A stretch of 10,521 nucleotides of DNA from an uncultured Deinococcales bacterium (GCA_964244895.1 CAXTKV010000183.1:1-10521); one strand, 5' to 3'; counted from the first letter of the stretch, positions 1 through 8,013 are shown. The notes: generated by a model from the letters alone, not told the origin. A program made the numbers and translations.

Positions 1-1
1 C

Positions 2-739
2 TCGCCCGCCCAGTTCGGGCCGCTCGAGATGCCGGACGACCTCGATTTTGGCGCCTTTCCATCGGCGAAACTCCGCACCTGGCAGCGCGGCGACCGCATC
101 CGCCTTTCGGGCGGTACGCGCAAACTCTCGGATGTGCTCTCGGAGCGGCGCGTGCCGCGAGAATGGCGCGAGGCCGTGCCCGTGGTCGCGCAACGATCCG
201 AGGTGCTGTGGATCGGCCTCGAGCCGCCGGTCGTCGATGTTCGCATCGCCCAATCTCGAGATGCGGAATTCGACGCGATGACCGAAGCCCTGCGGCTGGC
301 GCTCGAGGCCTTCGACGACGGCGAGGTTCCCGTCGGGGCGGTGGTTGTGCGCGGCGCAGAGATCGTCGGGCGCGGGCGCAACCGTTCCCGTGCGGCGGGT
401 GACATGACCATGCACGCCGAACTCGAGGCCATCCGGGATGCCGCGAAACGCATCGGATCGCCGTACCTGTCGGGTTGTGCGCTGATCGTGACGCTCGAAC
501 CCTGCCCGATGTGCCTCGGCGCGGTTCTGGAATCTCGCCTGCTACGGATCGTGTACGGCGCGACCAACGACAAATCCGGCGCGCTCGGCGGGGTCGGTGG
601 ATCATTGCGCGCCCCGTGGCTCAGGTTGCACCCGCTCGAGGTGCGCCCGCACCTGCGCGCCGCTGAATGCGCCGCGCTGCTGACCGCGTTCTTCGGACGC
701 GCCCGTCAGCCCCGCACCGATGCCCCAGAGCGGGCCTGA
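2..739 (+). CDS. tilS: 3' part of a TilS (tRNA-Ile lysidine synthetase) C-terminal domain fused to a TadA-like tRNA adenosine deaminase; 5' end lies outside the window
   Basis: Frame is open from position 2. LRTWQRGDRIRLSGGTRKLSDVL...VPREWREAVPVV...VLWIG matches the TilS C-terminal domain pattern; it is followed in frame by GEVPVGAVVV, HAE and TLEPCPMC (zinc-dependent deaminase motifs of TadA). Stop TGA at 737-739. Confidence 0.88.
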   Translation, partial: SPAQFGPLEMPDDLDFGAFPSAKLRTWQRGDRIRLSGGTRKLSDVLSERRVPREWREAVPVVAQRSEVLWIGLEPPVVDVRIAQSRDAEFDAMTEALRLALEAFDDGEVPVGAVVVRGAEIVGRGRNRSRAAGDMTMHAELEAIRDAAKRIGSPYLSGCALIVTLEPCPMCLGAVLESRLLRIVYGATNDKSGALGGVGGSLRAPWLRLHPLEVRPHLRAAECAALLTAFFGRARQPRTDAPERA

Positions 740-742
740 ACG

Positions 743-797
743 GAGCACACCGTCCGGCACGCGAATCGGGGAATGCGTTCTGAACGGTGTTCTCGGG
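743..797. repeat. Dispersed palindromic element, locus A (two inverted half units)
   Basis: GAGCACACCGTCCGGCACGC (743-762) and GCGTTCTGAACGGTGTTCTC (775-794) are imperfect inverted arms starting 3 nt after the TilS-TadA stop. Confidence 0.8.
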
Positions 798-909
798 CGA
801 GCCTCTCGGTGCGACCCCGTGCTTCAGCCGGGACTCAACTTCGGGCATGATCGTGGCGTTGCACGAACCAGTTAGTCTGATTCGAGTCTTCCGATTCAAG
901 GAGTGCGAG

Positions 910-1746
910 ATGCCAAAAATCACCGTCGGTACGGAAAACAACGCGCCAATCGAGTTGCACTACGAAGATTACGGCAGCGGCAAACCCGTCGTGCTGATCC
1001 ACGGCTGGCCGCTCAGCGGGCGATCCTGGGAAAACCAGGTTCCGGCCCTGATCGGCGCGGGCTACCGGGTCATCACCTACGACCGCCGGGGCTTCGGCTG
1101 GTCATCGCAACCGTGGGGTGGCTACGATTACGACACTTTCGCCGCCGACCTGCGCGCGCTTCTCGAGCACCTGGATTTGAAGGATGCGACCCTGGTCGGC
1201 TTCTCGATGGGCGGTGGCGAGGTCGTGCGATACATCGGCAAGTACGGTACGGATCGGGTCGGCAAGGCCGTGCTGGCGGCGGCGGTTCCGCCGTACCTGT
1301 ACAAATCTTCGGACAACCCGGACGGCGGCATCGACGACGCGACCATCGCGGGTTTCGAGGGCGGTGTCAAGTCCGACCGTCTGGCGTTCCTGGATGAATT
1401 CACCAAGGGGTTTTTCGCGGCGGGTTCCAAGACCGACTTGATCAGCGAGGTGCAGCGCGTTTACAACCGCGACATCGCCGCGTTTGCCTCGCCGAAAGGC
1501 ACGCTCGAGTGCATCGGCGCGTTCTCGCGCACGGACTTTCGCGGTGATCTGGCAAAAATCAAGATTCCCACGCTGGTGATTCACGGCGATTCCGACGGTA
1601 TCGTGCCGTTCGAGGTCAGCGGCAAGCGCTCGCACGAATCGATTCCCGGCAGCGTTCTCGCGCTGATCGAGGGCGGCCCGCACGGTCTGAACGCGACCCA
1701 CGCGGCGGAGTTCAACGCGGCCCTGCTGGATTTCCTGAAAAGCTAA
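910..1746 (+). CDS. Alpha/beta hydrolase, non-heme haloperoxidase/arylesterase (perhydrolase) family, 278 aa
   Basis: ATG at 910 with AAGGAG RBS at 898-903. Motifs HGWP, YDRRGFG, nucleophile GFSMG, HGDSD and GGPHG (Ser-Asp-His triad). Confidence 0.92.
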   Translation: MPKITVGTENNAPIELHYEDYGSGKPVVLIHGWPLSGRSWENQVPALIGAGYRVITYDRRGFGWSSQPWGGYDYDTFAADLRALLEHLDLKDATLVGFSMGGGEVVRYIGKYGTDRVGKAVLAAAVPPYLYKSSDNPDGGIDDATIAGFEGGVKSDRLAFLDEFTKGFFAAGSKTDLISEVQRVYNRDIAAFASPKGTLECIGAFSRTDFRGDLAKIKIPTLVIHGDSDGIVPFEVSGKRSHESIPGSVLALIEGGPHGLNATHAAEFNAALLDFLKS

Positions 1747-1756
1747 CGCCCGATTT

Positions 1757-1812
1757 CTCGAGAGCGCCGTCCGGTACGCGAGTCAAAATACGTGTGCTGG
1801 ACGGTGCTTATG
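1757..1812. repeat. Dispersed palindromic element, locus B, between convergent genes; may act as a 3' hairpin or terminator
   Basis: CTCGAGAGCGCCGTCCGGTACGCG (1757-1780) and CGTGTGCTGGACGGTGCTTA (1791-1810) form inverted arms; the right end overlaps the aroB stop codon. Confidence 0.8.
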
Positions 1813-2860
1813 AATGAATATCCCGCCAGAACGCGTCCCAGGCCTCGAGCTGCACGCTCCTCGGCACGCGCCCCAGTCGGGGCTTGCCGATGCCCTCGAG
1901 CAGCACGAAGCGCACGCCCTGCGCGTCGGCTTTCTTGTCGCGCGACATGAAGCCTTCCACGTCTTCGAACTCGAGCATCGGCAAGGGTGCGGGTTTCTGG
2001 TACGCCAGGAAGGCGCGGGTCTGGTTCGTCAGGTCCGCGTAGCCCAGCGTCCGGCACAGGGTTGTCGCGTAGTGCATGCCGTAGCCGACGGCCTCGCCGT
2101 GCGGCAAACCGTGGTGCGTGACCGCTTCCAGGGCGTGCGCGAGCGTGTGGCCGAAGTTCAAAAAGGCGCGTTCGCCCGCTTCGAAAGGATCGCGCGAAAC
2201 CACCTCGGCTTTGACCCGGATCGCGTCCGCGACGACCTGCTCGAGCCTCAAACTGTGCGCGTTGAATCCCGGCTCCAGGATCGCATCGCAAAGTTTGCCA
2301 TCGGTGATCAACCCGTGCTTGAAGGCTTCGGCGGCGCCCTCGCGGAAGGTGCGGTCGCTCAGCGTCAGCAGCGCGTCCAGGTCGGCCCAGACGCCGCGCG
2401 GCTGGTGGAACGCGCCGACCAGGTTCTTGCCCTCAGGCAAATTCACGCCCGTCTTGCCGCCGACGCTGGCGTCCACCATCGCCAGGAGCGTCGTCGGGCA
2501 GACGTAGAACGCCACGCCGCGCAGGTAGCTGGCCGCGACGTATCCCGCCAGGTCGGAGGTCGCGCCGCCGCCGAGCGCGATCACCGCCGCGTCCCGCGTC
2601 AGGCCATCCCGCGCGAGCCTCGAGAGAAGCTGCGCATGAACCTCGAGCGTCTTGCAGGTCTCGCCCGCCGGGAGCGCGTGCAGGCTGACCTGCGATCCGC
2701 CGCGTTCCAGGCTCGAGACGAGTCGTGGAGCGTGCAATTCGAGCACGCTCTCGTCAACCAGGAGCGCCACTCGAGCGTGAGCCACCGCGACCGAATCCAG
2801 CAGCCCGCGCCCGACGCGCACGGTGTACGGCGGCTCGAGCATGACCTGGACTTCCCTCAC
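1808..2860 (-). CDS. aroB: 3-dehydroquinate synthase, 350 aa
   Basis: GETCKT, ALGGGATSDLAG, PTTLLAMVDASVGGKTGVN, KNLVGAFHQP, LNFGHTLAHALE, HGEAV, DKK motifs. GTG start at 2860 overlaps the aroK stop (GTGA) with GGAGG upstream. Confidence 0.96.
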   Translation of the reverse strand: MREVQVMLEPPYTVRVGRGLLDSVAVAHARVALLVDESVLELHAPRLVSSLERGGSQVSLHALPAGETCKTLEVHAQLLSRLARDGLTRDAAVIALGGGATSDLAGYVAASYLRGVAFYVCPTTLLAMVDASVGGKTGVNLPEGKNLVGAFHQPRGVWADLDALLTLSDRTFREGAAEAFKHGLITDGKLCDAILEPGFNAHSLRLEQVVADAIRVKAEVVSRDPFEAGERAFLNFGHTLAHALEAVTHHGLPHGEAVGYGMHYATTLCRTLGYADLTNQTRAFLAYQKPAPLPMLEFEDVEGFMSRDKKADAQGVRFVLLEGIGKPRLGRVPRSVQLEAWDAFWRDIHS

Positions 2861-3441
2861 GCTTCCTCCGGTGGGGTGGCGTACATCGGGTGCATGGCCC
2901 GCCAGTCCTCCAGGCGCTCCACGATCTCTTGAACCACGTCGGATCGCCTGCGACCGTCGGTCGAGACCTGGATCGGCGCTTCGGAATACGCCGCGCGGCG
3001 ACCCTCGAGCAACTCCTGAATTCGCCCGATCGGGTCGGGCACCTGCAACAGCGGCCTGGGTGTGCGGCGCGTGCGCTCGAAGATCGTCTCCGGCGAGGCC
3101 CAGAGCGCCACGACCGGGCCGCGAGCCAGCAGCTTCGCGCGGTTCTCCGGGTTGATAAACGACCCGCCGCCGCAAGAGATCACGAACTCGTCCAGCTTGA
3201 CGCAGCGATCGACCGCCTCGGCCTCGACGCGCCGGAATTCGGTCTCGCCGAAAGCCTCGAAGATCTGCGGGATGCTCAGCCCGGTGGCTTTCTCGATCAG
3301 CTTGTCCGTGTCGATGAAATGAAGCGCCAGCGCCCTCGCCAGCTCCGCCCCGATGCGGCTCTTGCCCGTGCCCATGAACCCGACCATCGCCACCCAGGTG
3401 ACGGGCCGCTCGAGGTGAATCGGGTCACCAGTGCGCGGCAT
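2857..3441 (-). CDS. aroK: Shikimate kinase, 194 aa
   Basis: P-loop GFMGTGKS, FIDTD, IFEAFGETEFRRVE, ISCGGG, RPLL. ATG at 3441 preceded by GGAG; sits between aroC and aroB. Confidence 0.95.
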   Translation of the reverse strand: MPRTGDPIHLERPVTWVAMVGFMGTGKSRIGAELARALALHFIDTDKLIEKATGLSIPQIFEAFGETEFRRVEAEAVDRCVKLDEFVISCGGGSFINPENRAKLLARGPVVALWASPETIFERTRRTPRPLLQVPDPIGRIQELLEGRRAAYSEAPIQVSTDGRRRSDVVQEIVERLEDWRAMHPMYATPPEEA

Positions 3442-3450
3442 GGCGCTCCA

Positions 3451-3670
3451 GGGAAAGGAAGCCGCGAGCCGCGAGCCGCAAGCCGCAAGGTAAGGTCGAA
3501 CATCTCGAGTCTCGGGTCTTGGTTTGTCCAGAAAACGCCGTGCTGGACAGTGTTTTTGAGCATTCAAGAATCACTGCGCCAGACGGTATACCTGGTTTTG
3601 CCTTTCCCTTGAGGCTCGCGGCTCGCGGCTCGCGACTGCCCCGGCTTGAGGCTTGAGGCTTGAGGCTCTT
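3451..3670. repeat. Composite intergenic element: inverted tandem heptamer arrays flanking two degenerate copies of the dispersed palindrome (locus C)
   Basis: AGCCGCG x2 + AGCCGCA x2 (3460-3487); GGCTCGC x3 (3613-3633); GGCTTGA x3 (3643-3663); central GAAAACGCCGTGCTGGACAGTGTTTTTGAG (3531-3560) and a weaker copy at 3565-3595. Confidence 0.88.
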
Positions 3671-3672
3671 CA

Positions 3673-4842
3673 TCAATACGTCTCGAGGTACGCGCGGTAT
3701 TCGGTGAGCCGCTCCTGAATTTCGGGCAGGGTGTCGGAACCGAACTTTTCCAGGTACGCGTCGGCCAGCACGAAGGCGATGGCGCACTGGAAGATCACGC
3801 CGGCGGCGGGCACGGCGGTCGTGTCGGAGCGTTCGCGGGCGGCGTCGGCGGCCTGGTGCGTCACGACATCCACGGTCGGCAGGGGTTTCATCAGCGTGGC
3901 GATCGGTTTGAGGGCGACCCTCACGATCAGTTCCTCGCCGTTGGTCATGCCCGCCTCGAGCCCGCCCGCGCCGTTGGTGGTGCGGTAATAGGAATGCGGG
4001 TCTTCCTTGAGGTAGATCGCGTCGTGAACATCCGATCCGGGCAGTTCGGCGTTCTCGAAACCGCGCCCGATCTCGACGCCCTTGACGGCCTGCGTCGCCA
4101 TGATCACCTGCGCGATGCGCCCGTCCAGCTTCCGATCCCAGTGCGCGAACGAACCCAATCCGGGAACCAACCCGCGAAACCGCACCTCGAGCACCCCGCC
4201 GAGCGTGTCGCCATCCGTTTTGGCCTGATCGATCCGCGCGATCATGCGTTCGCCCGCGTCCGCGTCCAGGCAACGCACCGGGCTGGCGTCGATGGCGGGG
4301 AGTTGATCCCAACTGAAGCCGACCTTCGATTCGATGCCACCCAGCCGATCCACGAAATTCGCGCCCTGCACGCCCAGCTCGGAGAGCATCTTCAAACTGA
4401 TCGCGCCGACCGCCACCCGAGAAGCGGTTTCTCTCGCGCTGGCGCGTTCCAGCACGTCGCGCAAATCCTTGTGGCGGTACTTCATGCCACCGACCAGATC
4501 GGCGTGACCGGGGCGCGCGGCGGTCAGGGCTTTCTTGCGCAACTCGCCCCGTTCGTCGGTTTCTAAACGCGCCGGGTCCATAATCTCGAGCCAGTTCCTG
4601 TGGTCGCTGTTCTCTATTTTCAAGGCGATCGGTGCGCCCGTCGTGCGGCCCGATCGCACGCCGGACAGGAATTCGACCGTGTCCTTCTCGATCTGCATTC
4701 GCCGCCCGCGCCCGTAGCCCTGTTGCCGCAGCGCCAGCCAGTGGTTGACATCCTCCGCGTCAATCGGAACCTGCGCCGGGAAGCCTTCCAGGATCGTCGT
4801 CAGTTGAGGGCCGTGCGACTCGCCCGCCGTCAAATACCTCAT
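3673..4842 (-). CDS. aroC: Chorismate synthase, 389 aa
   Basis: MRYLTAGESHG, GYGRGRRM, RPGHAD, ERASARETA, GDTLGG, GGLEAGMTNG, KPIATL, ERSD motifs. Confidence 0.98.
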   Translation of the reverse strand: MRYLTAGESHGPQLTTILEGFPAQVPIDAEDVNHWLALRQQGYGRGRRMQIEKDTVEFLSGVRSGRTTGAPIALKIENSDHRNWLEIMDPARLETDERGELRKKALTAARPGHADLVGGMKYRHKDLRDVLERASARETASRVAVGAISLKMLSELGVQGANFVDRLGGIESKVGFSWDQLPAIDASPVRCLDADAGERMIARIDQAKTDGDTLGGVLEVRFRGLVPGLGSFAHWDRKLDGRIAQVIMATQAVKGVEIGRGFENAELPGSDVHDAIYLKEDPHSYYRTTNGAGGLEAGMTNGEELIVRVALKPIATLMKPLPTVDVVTHQAADAARERSDTTAVPAAGVIFQCAIAFVLADAYLEKFGSDTLPEIQERLTEYRAYLETY

Positions 4843-4848
4843 GCCGCA

Positions 4849-4857
4849 AGCGTAACA
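4849..4857 (-). promoter_or_regulatory. Probable extended -10 element of a leaderless aroC transcript
   Basis: Minus strand reads TGT-TACGCT-TGCGGC-ATG: TAnnnT hexamer with TG extension, 6 nt before the start codon; no Shine-Dalgarno visible. Confidence 0.65.
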
Positions 4858-4988
4858 CTGATGCCGCGAAGGGAAAACCTGACCGGCGAGAAATCGGCTT
4901 CGGGCGCGAGATCGCCCAGAACGACCGCCTCAAACCATCTTCGCGCGGTGCCAACCTGCTCGCAGGTTTCTGGTGGGGTTGCCCTTTC

Positions 4989-5048
4989 CCCGAGAACACC
5001 GTCCGGGACGCAAATAAAAAACACCGTCCAGGACGGTGTTCTCGAGAA
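4989..5048. repeat. Dispersed palindromic element, locus D (half unit plus full unit)
   Basis: CCCGAGAACACCGTCCGGGACGC (4989-5011) then perfect palindrome AACACCGTCC-A-GGACGGTGTT (5020-5040) followed by CTCGAG; directly downstream of the VanW-family stop. Confidence 0.9.
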
Positions 5049-5057
5049 CCAACAGGC

Positions 5058-6944
5058 TCAGCGCTCCGGTGGCGCGCCCCGTCCGGGGCTCGAGGGCGCG
5101 AGGGCGGGCGTCAGGATCACGCCCGGTGTGGTCGGGGTGGCGGTCACGACCGTACCGGAGGCGCGGGGCGCGACCCTGGCTTCGGTCGGTGCGGGCTTCG
5201 GGCGAGGCGTGGGACGCGGCGATGGGCCGTAGGCGAAGACCGCCTGCCAGGCGCGGTAATTCGAGGACATCACTTCGGTCTGTGCGGCCTGTCCGATTCG
5301 CGCGATGGTGCGGCTCACCTGGACGCGGTAGCCGTCGGCGGCCCAGTCCACCTGCTTGCGCTCACCGACGCGCAGGCTCGGATCGAATTCAAACTTCGGC
5401 GCTGGGGCGGGCGTGTGGGACAGAATCACCGGGCCCGAGACGCTGACCTTGCGCCCGTCGGAGACGCCGTAGAGGCGCACCGTCATGCTCGCACCGCTGG
5501 TCGAGGCGCGCACCACCAGCGGCCCCGGCGTGTCGTTGTGCATTTTCAGATCGAGCGATGGCTGGTAGACGGCGGCGTCCAGGCCGACCAGCGGGTCGTA
5601 CCAGCGCACGCGGTACGCGTGCTGGTTGCGTTCGACCATCGGCAAGCCAGCCTTGAAAAGCGCTCTGAAGGTGGTCGTGGACGCTTGACAGACGCCGCCG
5701 CCGACACCCTTGATGGTGCGCCCGCCGGAAATCACGTAGCCTTCCGCGAAACCCTGCTCAGGCTCGATCGGGCCGACGGCATCGTTGAAGCTGAAGGTCT
5801 TCCCGGCGGGCACGACGTAGCCATCTAGTTTGGCTGCGGCCACCGCGACATTGACCACGCGCTCGCGGCTGGAACCACCGTAGGACGTGTACGATTCGGC
5901 CAGCAGCGTCAGGTCAGCGATTTTCGGCAGGGTATCCGCGCTCAGTTTCGGCTCGATCGGCAGGATCGGCAAGAGCACCTCGGAAGATTCCGGTCGCAGG
6001 ATTTCGTCCGACAGGAGCGCCCTGGCCGTCTCGAGGTCGAGCTTCCAGCCCTGAGCGTCGCCCTGGGCTTTCAACTCCGTCCCGGCGCGCACGTAACGCG
6101 CGTCCTGCGGCTCGCGGTCGAAACCCAGCCCGATGCGGCGCAGCCTGGCCTGCACGGCCTTTGGATCGACCCTGAGGGCGCTGCCTTCGAGTTTCAGGAA
6201 GCCTGCGATTTCAGCGGCTGAGAGCATCACGACGTGCGCCGTGCCGCTCGGTTCGGTGTAATTGAGCTTCAGCGACCGCAAGAGCGCGTTCGCTTGCGCG
6301 ACCGTGCCCGCCAGCGATTGCGCCGTAACGCGCGCCGGGAGCGCGGTCACCTGAAGGTTCAGCGCGGTCTGATCGGGGTTGCTCAGGTAGGTTTTGACCG
6401 CCGCCGCCAGATCCACGCCGCGCCCATCGCGATCCTTGAGCACCATGAAACGTCCGCCCTGCGCGACCATGCGCGCATCCGTCGGCGGCGTGGTGACCGG
6501 ACTGATGATCGCACCCAGGCGCTTTTCCACGGCGGCCCGGTCCGCGCTGGCCGTGAGCGGCACGCGCACCCGACCGCCCAGAGCGCTCAACCGATCCTGC
6601 AGGCGGGTCAGGACGCTGCCGCGCCGCCCGATCTCGAGCGCGGACTGAACGGTTCCGCTCACGTTCGGACGCCAGCCGAGTTCGCTGGCGGGCACGTCGA
6701 AGCGCTGATCGCCCAGCGTGACGCTGACCTGCGGTGCGCTGGTCTCGAGCTGCGTCCGGAGTTTCGCGCTGGCTGAGGCGCTGTCCAGCCCGCCCACCGC
6801 CAGTTTCGGTTGCGCGCCGGGCAGACCCTCAATGGCCACGCCCGGCAGGATGCGATCCCGGAAACCCGTCTCGAACGCGATGGCACCACCGACGAGCGCC
6901 AGCGCCCCGACGGAACCCACGATGATTGAACTACGATCCTTCAC
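5058..6944 (-). CDS. VanW-family protein with N-terminal membrane anchor, probable peptidoglycan-binding (PG_binding_4-like) repeats and Pro-rich C-terminal tail
   Basis: Hydrophobic N-terminus IIVGSVGALALVGGAIAF then DRILPGVAIEG; VanW domain motifs RVVNVAVAAAKLDG, TFSFNDAVG, GGGVCQASTT, ERNQH, GLDAAVY, DLKMHNDT. Start GTG at 6944 preferred (leaderless spacing); 6950 is the alternative. Confidence 0.88.
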   Translation of the reverse strand: MKDRSSIIVGSVGALALVGGAIAFETGFRDRILPGVAIEGLPGAQPKLAVGGLDSASASAKLRTQLETSAPQVSVTLGDQRFDVPASELGWRPNVSGTVQSALEIGRRGSVLTRLQDRLSALGGRVRVPLTASADRAAVEKRLGAIISPVTTPPTDARMVAQGGRFMVLKDRDGRGVDLAAAVKTYLSNPDQTALNLQVTALPARVTAQSLAGTVAQANALLRSLKLNYTEPSGTAHVVMLSAAEIAGFLKLEGSALRVDPKAVQARLRRIGLGFDREPQDARYVRAGTELKAQGDAQGWKLDLETARALLSDEILRPESSEVLLPILPIEPKLSADTLPKIADLTLLAESYTSYGGSSRERVVNVAVAAAKLDGYVVPAGKTFSFNDAVGPIEPEQGFAEGYVISGGRTIKGVGGGVCQASTTTFRALFKAGLPMVERNQHAYRVRWYDPLVGLDAAVYQPSLDLKMHNDTPGPLVVRASTSGASMTVRLYGVSDGRKVSVSGPVILSHTPAPAPKFEFDPSLRVGERKQVDWAADGYRVQVSRTIARIGQAAQTEVMSSNYRAWQAVFAYGPSPRPTPRPKPAPTEARVAPRASGTVVTATPTTPGVILTPALAPSSPGRGAPPER

Positions 6945-6951
6945 GAGCACG

Positions 6952-6957
6952 ATTGTA
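6952..6957 (-). promoter_or_regulatory. Probable -10 element of a leaderless transcript for the VanW-family gene
   Basis: Minus strand TACAAT lies 7 nt before the in-frame GTG at 6944. Confidence 0.6.
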
Positions 6958-7077
6958 ATCGAACCACCCCACGAAATGGTGATTCCGACCTGACCGACCC
7001 CGAATATTGATTTTGCGGTCGCTCGAACCGGAGAACTCGGGTACGAGCGGTTCGCCGCAGGCAGCCCGGTCTTTCAG

Positions 7078-7105
7078 GGATACCGTCCGGGACGGTATCC
7101 TCGAG
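7078..7105. repeat. Dispersed palindromic element, locus E (single full unit)
   Basis: Perfect palindrome GGATACCGTCC-G-GGACGGTATCC (7078-7100) running into CTCGAG (7100-7105), in a divergent intergenic region. Confidence 0.88.
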
Positions 7106-7258
7106 ACCTCGGAATCCGCGTCCCATACGGACTTTCTGTGCGCCAGGTCACGTGCCGACCTGGTGTGCTCGGGCTTTCAGCGCTGGAATCCCGCAGTATT
7201 GCCGCCAATGAGAAGCGCATAAGCCATTTCTCTCTCGATTCCATGACGGAAGACGTTG

Positions 7259-7264
7259 TACCCT
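7259..7264 (+). promoter_or_regulatory. Probable -10 element of a leaderless HNH transcript
   Basis: TACCCT (TAnnnT) 6 nt before ATG at 7271; no Shine-Dalgarno visible. Confidence 0.55.
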
Positions 7265-7270
7265 GCGATC

Positions 7271-7951
7271 ATGTCGATCTCGAGCCGCCACAACACGCGT
7301 GTGCGCCACGGTGAAGCCTCACCGGAGGAAGACAGATCCATCCTCGAACAGCGCGAACTCGAGGCGAACGCACTCGAAACCGATGAACTCGAGGCGAACG
7401 ACCGCGATTCGTTCGAAAGCCCGCAGACGCCACCGAGGGGCATCAACCTGAACGCGCCCGCCGTGCTGGTGCTGAACGCGAGCTTTGAACCACTGCACGT
7501 CTGCTCGATCAAACGCGCCGTGACGTTGATCATGCACGAGATTGCGGAACGCGTCGATGACAGCGCGGCGCTGCTGCACTCGCCCAGCACCAGCATCAAA
7601 GTACCCAGCGTGATCCGCCTGCGGCGCTACATCAAGCGCCCACCGCGCTACCACATCGCGTTCAACCGCCGCAACGTCTTCAGGCGCGACAACCACACCT
7701 GCCAGTACTGCGGTCACGTCGGCGGCGACCTGACGCTCGATCACGTCACGCCCCGATCGAAAGGCGGCAAGAACAGCTGGGAGAACATCGTCACCGCCTG
7801 CCGCGAGTGCAATTCCAAGAAGCGCGACCGCACGCCCTTCGAGGCTCGCATGAGGCTCCTGCGCGAACCTTACGCGCCCAGATTCGTGTTCAGCACCGCC
7901 TACGGTCAAGCCCCGAAGCTCGACCCGAACTGGGACAAGTACCTGGGTTAA
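7271..7951 (+). CDS. Stand-alone HNH endonuclease (McrA-like, CxxC...DH...CxxCN) with an acidic N-terminal extension
   Basis: VLVLNASFEPL, VPSVIRL, RRNVFRRDNHTCQYCG, LTLDHVTPRSKGG, WENIVTACRECNSKK motifs; start at 7271 inferred from -10 spacing. Confidence 0.92.
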   Translation: MSISSRHNTRVRHGEASPEEDRSILEQRELEANALETDELEANDRDSFESPQTPPRGINLNAPAVLVLNASFEPLHVCSIKRAVTLIMHEIAERVDDSAALLHSPSTSIKVPSVIRLRRYIKRPPRYHIAFNRRNVFRRDNHTCQYCGHVGGDLTLDHVTPRSKGGKNSWENIVTACRECNSKKRDRTPFEARMRLLREPYAPRFVFSTAYGQAPKLDPNWDKYLG

Positions 7952-8013
7952 GGGCCGTCAGCCTCGAGACATTTGTGTAAAGGTGATCTGCTCGAGAACC
8001 ACATCAGCTTTTC

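Noticed and set aside
787..909. Longer N-terminus of the hydrolase (319 aa ORF)
   Set aside because: Starts inside repeat locus A; strong RBS and family-typical N-terminus point to ATG 910.
1814..2932. 372 aa plus-strand ORF and other long overlapping ORFs (e.g. 3425-4312, 3856-4566, 8331-9104)
   Set aside because: Antisense or off-frame shadows of well-supported genes in GC-rich DNA; Arg/Ala/Gly-rich with no recognisable motifs.
2861..3175. N-terminal extension of aroB (455 aa ORF)
   Set aside because: Overlaps aroK in another frame; the GTGA-coupled start at 2860 with RBS is far more plausible.
3442..3567. N-terminal extension of aroK
   Set aside because: Runs through repeat DNA; ATG 3441 has a GGAG RBS and gives a normal-size kinase.
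3451..3670. CRISPR array
   Set aside because: Units are 7 nt tandem repeats without unique spacers, and the 25-30 nt palindromes are dispersed between genes rather than regularly spaced; no cas genes.
5058..6944. Vancomycin resistance locus
   Set aside because: VanW-domain proteins are widespread; no vanHAX/vanRS-type genes are present in the window.
7138..7168. Hairpin CCAGGTC-N7-GACCTGG as an ncRNA or riboswitch
   Set aside because: Short stem in GC-rich DNA with no recognisable family motif; insufficient support.
7271..7951. HNH gene as a homing endonuclease, IscB/Cas9-like effector or the mobiliser of the repeats
   Set aside because: No RuvC motifs, intron context, terminal repeats or partner methyltransferase; matches the common stand-alone HNH type, and the repeats flank all genes equally.
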